A program made the translations under genes and the position numbers. This document shows, one piece after another, positions 59,036 through 64,000 of a DNA stretch of 64,000 nucleotides (position 1 is its first letter; each line of letters starts with the position of its first letter). Source of the DNA: an uncultured Chloroflexia bacterium (GTDB lineage Bacteria; Chloroflexota; Ktedonobacteria; Ktedonobacterales; Ktedonobacteraceae); contig CAVTLG010000003.1 of the NCBI GenBank assembly GCA_963735495.1, forward strand, positions 32,080 through 96,079. Reading direction: 5' to 3'. The notes under the pieces are model-generated. The model did not search any database. It was not told where the DNA came from and worked only from the letters and a program-made list of their open reading frames with translations.

Positions 59036-59816
59036 CTATATGGTGATCTTGTCGGTTGAGGTGCTCGGACGAAACCCCGTATGGGTATTGATCAAGATGT
59101 AGCGTCCAGTGCCCACCGCAATGATCATATCGGGAAAGCCATCCCCGTTGACATCCCGAAACGAGATGGTGGCAGGTTCCTGATCAACGCCTGCTCCTGA
59201 GAACACCGGACCGGTATAGACTTTGGAGTGGGACAAGTCACCGGGCAATACCTCGGGTAATGATGATATGCCCGTTCAGGTTCTCCACCGTAAAATGGCT
59301 GACCCCACCATGCCCGACATTGGCATCACATTGGTAGGTCCGGGGAAAGCCATACTGCCAGGTCTCTTGCGCTGCCTGCCACCAGTGAACCAGGCCAGAA
59401 AACGCAAGAAATACCAGCAGGGCAAGCAGCATTCCCAGGCCGATGGACCACAGGAGTGGGAGCCGTGGTAGGGTCGGTTGTGGGAGCACGAACGGCCGCG
59501 CGTGTTGCTGGTGTACCGGTGCCTGTGTTCGTGATGCGCGTTGCATAGGCGGAGGCGGAGCCTGGTGCCTAGTCACACGGATCATCGTTCGCGGTTGCGT
59601 CTGTGCAGCAGGAGCCGTGTAGCGCCGGGTACTGGTTGGCAGCCGGGTGCTGTAGAGCGTGTCGTCTTCGTCCCCGTGCATCGGGCGTTCATCGGTGAGA
59701 TAAGGGCTATCGTCCGGGTGAAAGCCGTGGGTGGTTCCAACACTGTGCGTGGGCGCTGCATGTGCCCGTAGCGGGACGCGTCCAAATCCGGCGGTCTGTT
59801 CCTTCAAGGGTGGCAT
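59036..59816 (-). pseudogene. Membrane-anchored FG-GAP/VCBS-like repeat protein, apparently split by a frameshift near 59240-59250
   Basis: ORF 59238..59816 (TM helix plus ...VENLNGHIIIT) and ORF 59036..59248 (...SFRDVNGDGFPDMIIAVGTG) overlap by 11 nt in different frames. Confidence 0.4.
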
Positions 59817-60061
59817 AGACGGGCCTCCTCCCTCGGTTGCTGGTGGGTGGAACAGTCAAAGGGAAACGTGCGCTCATGCGTGACAGGGGAAAGGTGGTGC
59901 TGCAGCAAACACGCTGGGCAATAAAACACGGTGCCACAGGCAAGACAGACCTGTTCTCCTGGACGAAAGGTGGCGCTCAGGAGATGCTTCCCTTGGTGGC
60001 ATTGAACAAGCGTGTGCCTGTGTGAAGGTTGCGGCGTCCGGGTGCCAGGAGTGTTGTACAT
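59804..60061 (-). CDS. Small Cys/His-rich (zinc-ribbon-like) protein
   Basis: The motif is CHQGKH...CLACGTVFYCPAC. It overlaps the downstream gene by 13 nt. Confidence 0.35.
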   Translation of the reverse strand: MYNTPGTRTPQPSHRHTLVQCHQGKHLLSATFRPGEQVCLACGTVFYCPACLLQHHLSPVTHERTFPFDCSTHQQPREEARLCHP

Positions 60062-60076
60062 GGGACCCTGCCTTCC

Positions 60077-60307
60077 TCACACGGTGGTGCCGTGAAAAAT
60101 ACGGTCAACGTCGCGCTCAGAGACTTCTCCATTGCGTCGGGCCTGCTCCAGATCAGCAATAGATGCCGGGTTTTCATGGCATTCATGGCTCATGTTATGA
60201 CAAAAGCCGGTCGAGTTATGTTCGGGGTAATCTTCCCCCTCATACTGAATGACAGGAACAACGGTATATTCTTCGTTGTCGTCCTGGGACGGTCGAGGTA
60301 GAAACAT
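60077..60307 (-). CDS. Small acidic hypothetical protein
   Basis: An AGAAAGG lies 7 nt upstream of the ATG at 60307. Confidence 0.45.
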   Translation of the reverse strand: MFLPRPSQDDNEEYTVVPVIQYEGEDYPEHNSTGFCHNMSHECHENPASIADLEQARRNGEVSERDVDRIFHGTTV

Positions 60308-60576
60308 GGTTGGCCTTTCTTGACTTTGGCGTCCCATGAGGTATAGAATCCCCCTGGGACCATGTAGACAACTTAAAGGGGTTTAACGGTCCTGCTCGGC
60401 TGTCTTCGTCTGATCCACGAAGCCAGCTTCTTTTTGTTCAAAACTTACTGTCCTGCCTGCCTTTCTAGTTAAGTACATCTAACATGCTAATTATACATGA
60501 CTGAATGATATTTTTTCAAGGTTTCTGCTATTGAATATGATTATTTGATATAGATCATAATAGAACAAACTAATTG

Positions 60577-60605
60577 TTGACCAAATATTATGCTAGTACT
60601 ATAAT
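60577..60605 (+). promoter_or_regulatory. Near-consensus sigma-70 promoter for the excisionase-type HTH gene
   Basis: It reads TTGACC, a 17-nt spacer, then TATAAT. It lies 30 nt upstream of the ATG, which has a TAAGGAG ribosome-binding site. Confidence 0.6.
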
Positions 60606-60635
60606 GATTGCAAATAATGGTAAGGAGTAGATTTA

Positions 60636-60839
60636 ATGTCGCAATCGCAAGATGAGCCAATGCTCACCGTAAAGCAGGTTGCCCGACGTATGAGTGTAGA
60701 TGAGGCTACCGTTAGAAGGTGGATACAGGCAGGCACATTGCGGGCTGTAAATTTAGGGCGTATTCGGCCAGAGTATCGTATCAGACCTTCTGACTTAGAT
60801 GATTTTATTCAGCATAGAGAAACTGACAGGAATAATTAA
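60636..60839 (+). CDS. Excisionase-family (MerR-superfamily) helix-turn-helix DNA-binding protein
   Basis: The motif is LTVKQVARRMSVDEATVRRWIQAGTLRAV. Confidence 0.8.
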   Translation: MSQSQDEPMLTVKQVARRMSVDEATVRRWIQAGTLRAVNLGRIRPEYRIRPSDLDDFIQHRETDRNN

Positions 60840-61080
60840 CTATCCATTTCATCCTATCAGGATTTTTTTAAGTGTACCTTGTAGCCTGTCTCTGCGTATT
60901 ACCTAAACAGAGGCAGCACACACGAGACCCCATATGGTCACATTTCTATACAGTGTGCTATAATATCTTAGTGAAAGAGTCGGAATTAGGTTTTTATCAC
61001 AAGCTTATCTACGCTTCAGCTAAAAAAGAGGAGAGTAGCAAGCGGAGTCTGTTTCCTTTGCTACACGTGAGGATACAAAT

Positions 61081-62115
61081 ATGGCGGAAACGATTACTGC
61101 CGAGATGGTTATTCATGATGTCGTCAGCAAGTACCCGGCGACGGTGAAGGTTTTTCATGGACATGGCCTTCCCTGTACGGCTTGCGCGGTCGGTTCGCGC
61201 GAAAGTGTGGCTGGCGGAGCGCGTACGCATCATTTCCCACCCGAGAAGCTGGACCAGTTGGTGACAGATTTAAATGCGGTCATCAACGGTGAGCCGATTT
61301 CTGTGGCGCCCAAAAAGGCTCCTGTTGGCCGTGGTGTGCCCCTGACGATGGCATCTGGCGCTCCTGATCGCAAGATTAAGCAGGTCATCGCGATTATGAG
61401 CGGCAAAGGTGGCGTCGGGAAGTCGCTCGTCACAGGGCTGCTCGCTGTGTCGCTGCGCCGGCAGGGACAGCAAGTCGGCATTCTGGACGGCGATATTACC
61501 GGTCCCAGTATTGCGCGCATGTTCGGCACTCATGGACAGCCTACCAAGTCTGCCAGCGGCGGTATCGAGCCATTGCGCAGTAAAAGTGGCATCAAGGTCA
61601 TGTCCATGAACATGTTCCTGGAGAAGGAAAGCGATCCAGTTGTCTGGCGTGGTCCGATGATCTCCGGCGCCATCAAGCAATTCTATAGCGATGTGGATTG
61701 GGGTGCGCTCGATTACTTACTGGTTGACCTCCCGCCGGGCACCTCTGACGCGCCGATGACGGTGATGCAGTCACTCCCCCTGGATGGTGTGGTGATTGTT
61801 TCTTCTCCGCAGATGCTCGCTACCATGATCGTGATGAAGTGCATCAATATGGTACGCCAGCTCAAAGGCATCATCGTGGGTGTGGTGGAGAATATGTCCT
61901 ACTTCGAAACGCCAAATGGCGAGCGCTACGAGATATTTGGTCCCAGCAATGGCACTGACCTGGTTGGTATGACCGGCGCTCCCTTACTCGGCACGATGCC
62001 CATTGACCCTGCTCTCACCACGCTGTGCGATGCCGGTCGCGTTGAAGAATACTATGCTGAACCCTACGAGGAATTAGCGGCTAACTTCATCAGCACGCTG
62101 AAAATCAAACGCTAG
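61081..62115 (+). CDS. Mrp/NBP35/ApbC-family Fe-S cluster carrier ATPase with an N-terminal DUF1858-like domain
   Basis: The N-terminus is VVSKYPATVKVFHGHGLPCTACAV. The deviant Walker A is SGKGGVGKS. Also present are VDLPPGTSD and ENMSYF. Confidence 0.85.
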   Translation: MAETITAEMVIHDVVSKYPATVKVFHGHGLPCTACAVGSRESVAGGARTHHFPPEKLDQLVTDLNAVINGEPISVAPKKAPVGRGVPLTMASGAPDRKIKQVIAIMSGKGGVGKSLVTGLLAVSLRRQGQQVGILDGDITGPSIARMFGTHGQPTKSASGGIEPLRSKSGIKVMSMNMFLEKESDPVVWRGPMISGAIKQFYSDVDWGALDYLLVDLPPGTSDAPMTVMQSLPLDGVVIVSSPQMLATMIVMKCINMVRQLKGIIVGVVENMSYFETPNGERYEIFGPSNGTDLVGMTGAPLLGTMPIDPALTTLCDAGRVEEYYAEPYEELAANFISTLKIKR

Positions 62116-62184
62116 CAGAGCTGGACGCAGCATCCGCCAGTTTCCTATTTCACAGAGGAATAACTGGCGGAAGTTTTTTGGGGA

Positions 62185-63081
62185 CTAGATGCTGCGCACA
62201 AATGAACCCAACACTTTGCAGAACGTGGTATGACCGGCGAGGTCTGCCAGTGCACTGCGTACAGTCGGATCATCGCGATGTCCCTCCAGATCGAGGTAGA
62301 AGACGTATTCCCAGGGGCGTTGCCGCGATGGCCGTGACTCCAGTTTGAGCAGGTTAATCCCGTTGGCGGCCAGAAAGCCCAGGCATTTATAGAGCGAGCC
62401 TGGCTGGTGAGATGTCGCCATGACGAGCATCGTCTTCGCGCTCCCGGCGCGGCGCGCGGTGGATTCTCGACTCAAGGCAATAAAGCGCGTATAGTTATCT
62501 TTAATGGTCTGAATATTACTTGCCAGTATCTCCAACTGGTAGAGTTCTGCGGCTCCGGCTCCAGCCACCGCCGCCACACCCTCTAACTGTCCTTCGCGCA
62601 CCATCTTCGCACTACCCGCCGTATCATAGGTCGCGACAATCTCTACACCCAACTCACGCAAGTAGACATCGCTCTGGGCCAGGGCCTGCGGATGGGAAAT
62701 AACGCGTTTGATCGCACTCAATGGCTGTCCCGGCAAACAGAGTAAGCAATGATTGACGGGATGAGCGATCTCACCGATCACAAACAGATCATGCTGGCGC
62801 AACAGATCATAGACATCGTTGATACTACCGGCCTGCGAATTTTCTACCGGCACCAGCCCATAGTCAACATCCCCTGCTGCCACAGCGCGGAAGACCTCGG
62901 CAAAGCTGCGATAAGGCATCGCCTCTGGCTGACGATGGGCCTCTTTGCCAAAATAGATCTGTACCGCCTCATCGCCAAAGGCTCCACGTTCGCCCTGGAA
63001 AGCGACGGTGATCGTGCGGGACTGTGGCTGGACGTTGTGCTCTTGGACCAGCTCTTTATCTTCGTTGGTCGATGGTATCAT
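62185..63081 (-). CDS. pheA: Prephenate dehydratase
   Basis: Motifs are VAFQGERGAFGDEA and VPVENSQAGSI, with a C-terminal ACT domain (PGSLYKCLGFLAANGINLLKLESRP). Confidence 0.85.
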   Translation of the reverse strand: MIPSTNEDKELVQEHNVQPQSRTITVAFQGERGAFGDEAVQIYFGKEAHRQPEAMPYRSFAEVFRAVAAGDVDYGLVPVENSQAGSINDVYDLLRQHDLFVIGEIAHPVNHCLLCLPGQPLSAIKRVISHPQALAQSDVYLRELGVEIVATYDTAGSAKMVREGQLEGVAAVAGAGAAELYQLEILASNIQTIKDNYTRFIALSRESTARRAGSAKTMLVMATSHQPGSLYKCLGFLAANGINLLKLESRPSRQRPWEYVFYLDLEGHRDDPTVRSALADLAGHTTFCKVLGSFVRSI

Positions 63082-63585
63082 TAGGGATATGTTCTGCCTT
63101 TCTAAATGGTTCTCTCAATTGTTTTGCGCGCGACGAGATGGAGTGCCCTGTACAAACAGCCCTGATGCTTGTTGCGCTTTGCTGCGAAATGTGCTTGCAC
63201 ACCTGACTCAAGTACTGATATCGGCGCGCTCCTCTTTGACAACAATCTCGCTTAGAACGGATGGTGTCCAGTTGTGTATTATACCACTTGCCCCCCTTGC
63301 AAACAGCGATATGGTAGAAACATCCTTGCTCGTTCACCCCCGTTGCCAGGGATCTTGCTATTTTGATCCCCGGGCCTATTCGCGCCCTATTTTCATGGCA
63401 GATGGCGCGTCTTCAGTACTGGCTGATTAAGAGGTGCAATCTGTTTAAGGCTGTCATACATGAATATGTTATTATCTATCTATCTATAATAAATGATGTC
63501 TGCTATAGCTGCGGACAATACAATGCCGATGAAGTTACCCTTGGATTTTATCCAGGATGTCCGCAAGGAAGAGAGGAGCACAAGC

Positions 63586-64000
63586 ATGGACCGACGCGCA
63601 TGGGAACATCAGCGTACCATCGATACGCGCAAGGGACAAAACGGTGATCACAATGGAACCAGGGACCAGAACTTTTTGCAGATACAACGGCAGGAAAATA
63701 GGATGCGAGCTGATCGGCAAACTCAGCAAACTCCACGTGAACAAGAGCGCATAAATCAATATGAGCAGATAGAGCGGCAGCATATTAATGATTTTTTACG
63801 AGCCTTTAATAGGCAAATGGGAAACAGAGAAACAATTCATGATCGAGAGTACAAGCGTCACTGGATAGATAGAGAGGAGGAAAGTGCTTGGAAGAATTTA
63901 TATCTAATACAAAATTTAAATAGGCAAGAGAAGCGGCATGGGCAAGAATGGCAGAAATTGTCAGATCAGGAGCGGAGGCAAGCTCGGCGACAGTTGCAAA
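63586..64000 (+). CDS. 5' part of a highly charged Q/R/E-rich (coiled-coil-like) protein, 3' partial at window edge
   Basis: ATG at 63586 lies 7 nt after GAGAGGAG. The frame is open to the last base of the window. It is not in the supplied ORF track. Confidence 0.45.
   Translation, partial: MDRRAWEHQRTIDTRKGQNGDHNGTRDQNFLQIQRQENRMRADRQTQQTPREQERINQYEQIERQHINDFLRAFNRQMGNRETIHDREYKRHWIDREEESAWKNLYLIQNLNRQEKRHGQEWQKLSDQERRQARRQLQ

Noticed and set aside
63082-63360. A roughly 280-nt region upstream of pheA, considered as a T-box or attenuator leader, with a possible extended -10 promoter (TGGTATAAT, 63275-63283, minus strand)
   Set aside because: I could not find the conserved T-box sequence, a specifier-loop arrangement or a Phe-rich leader peptide. 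The TTGCAA element is only 13 nt from the -10, so even the promoter call is weak.

Overview
A 64 kb bacterial chromosomal window, mostly about 50-60% G+C, with an AT-rich insert at about 23.1-28.1 kb. Calls come from reading the sequence and ORF translations only; no database search was run. The gene mix (several STAND NTPases, an ECF sigma factor, TnpB, long intergenic palindromic repeats) resembles large-genome filamentous bacteria such as Chloroflexota/Ktedonobacteria, but this is only an impression.

Housekeeping and metabolic genes:
- MocR-type aminotransferase domain (5' partial)
- secreted S1 protease
- nitroreductase
- VIT1/CCC1 iron transporter
- HMA metallochaperone
- ThDP-dependent decarboxylase
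- ribose-type sugar ABC transporter
- GH29 fucosidase
- BadF-type sugar kinase
- GH4 hydrolase
- 6-phosphogluconate dehydrogenase
- NYN/YacP protein
- polyprenol-phosphate mannose synthase with a UbiA-type phosphoribosyltransferase
- Mrp/ApbC
- prephenate dehydratase

Accessory and conflict-type content:
1. A co-directional module at 12.5-17.5 kb encodes an HTH-like protein, a TIR-STAND-TPR protein and a CHAT(caspase-like)-TIR protein. This is my best candidate for an undescribed immune or cell-death system.
2. A tight three-gene operon at 21.5-23.1 kb ends in a MazG-like pyrophosphohydrolase and sits beside an IS630 remnant.
3. The AT-rich island encodes a NucS-like/DUF5655 protein, a coiled-coil Mrr-cat nuclease, an orphan HsdR C-terminal fragment and a Kiwa-like KwaA/KwaB pair.
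4. Three identical, independently promoted and terminated tRNA-Asp(GTC) cassettes lie at 5.4, 39.6 and 48.0 kb.
5. A family of about 125-bp MITE/REP-like palindromic elements is present. Some copies supply CDS termini, and one locus carries three nested insertions.
6. Several decayed genes are present:
   - an encapsulated-ferritin-like gene with an in-frame TGA at a conserved Trp
   - a frameshifted Crp/Fnr regulator
   - a GH38 mannosidase remnant
   - LacI and LacZ fragments joined head to head
   - a truncated GTPase
7. A solo TnpB is present.

No rRNA genes or CRISPR arrays were seen.
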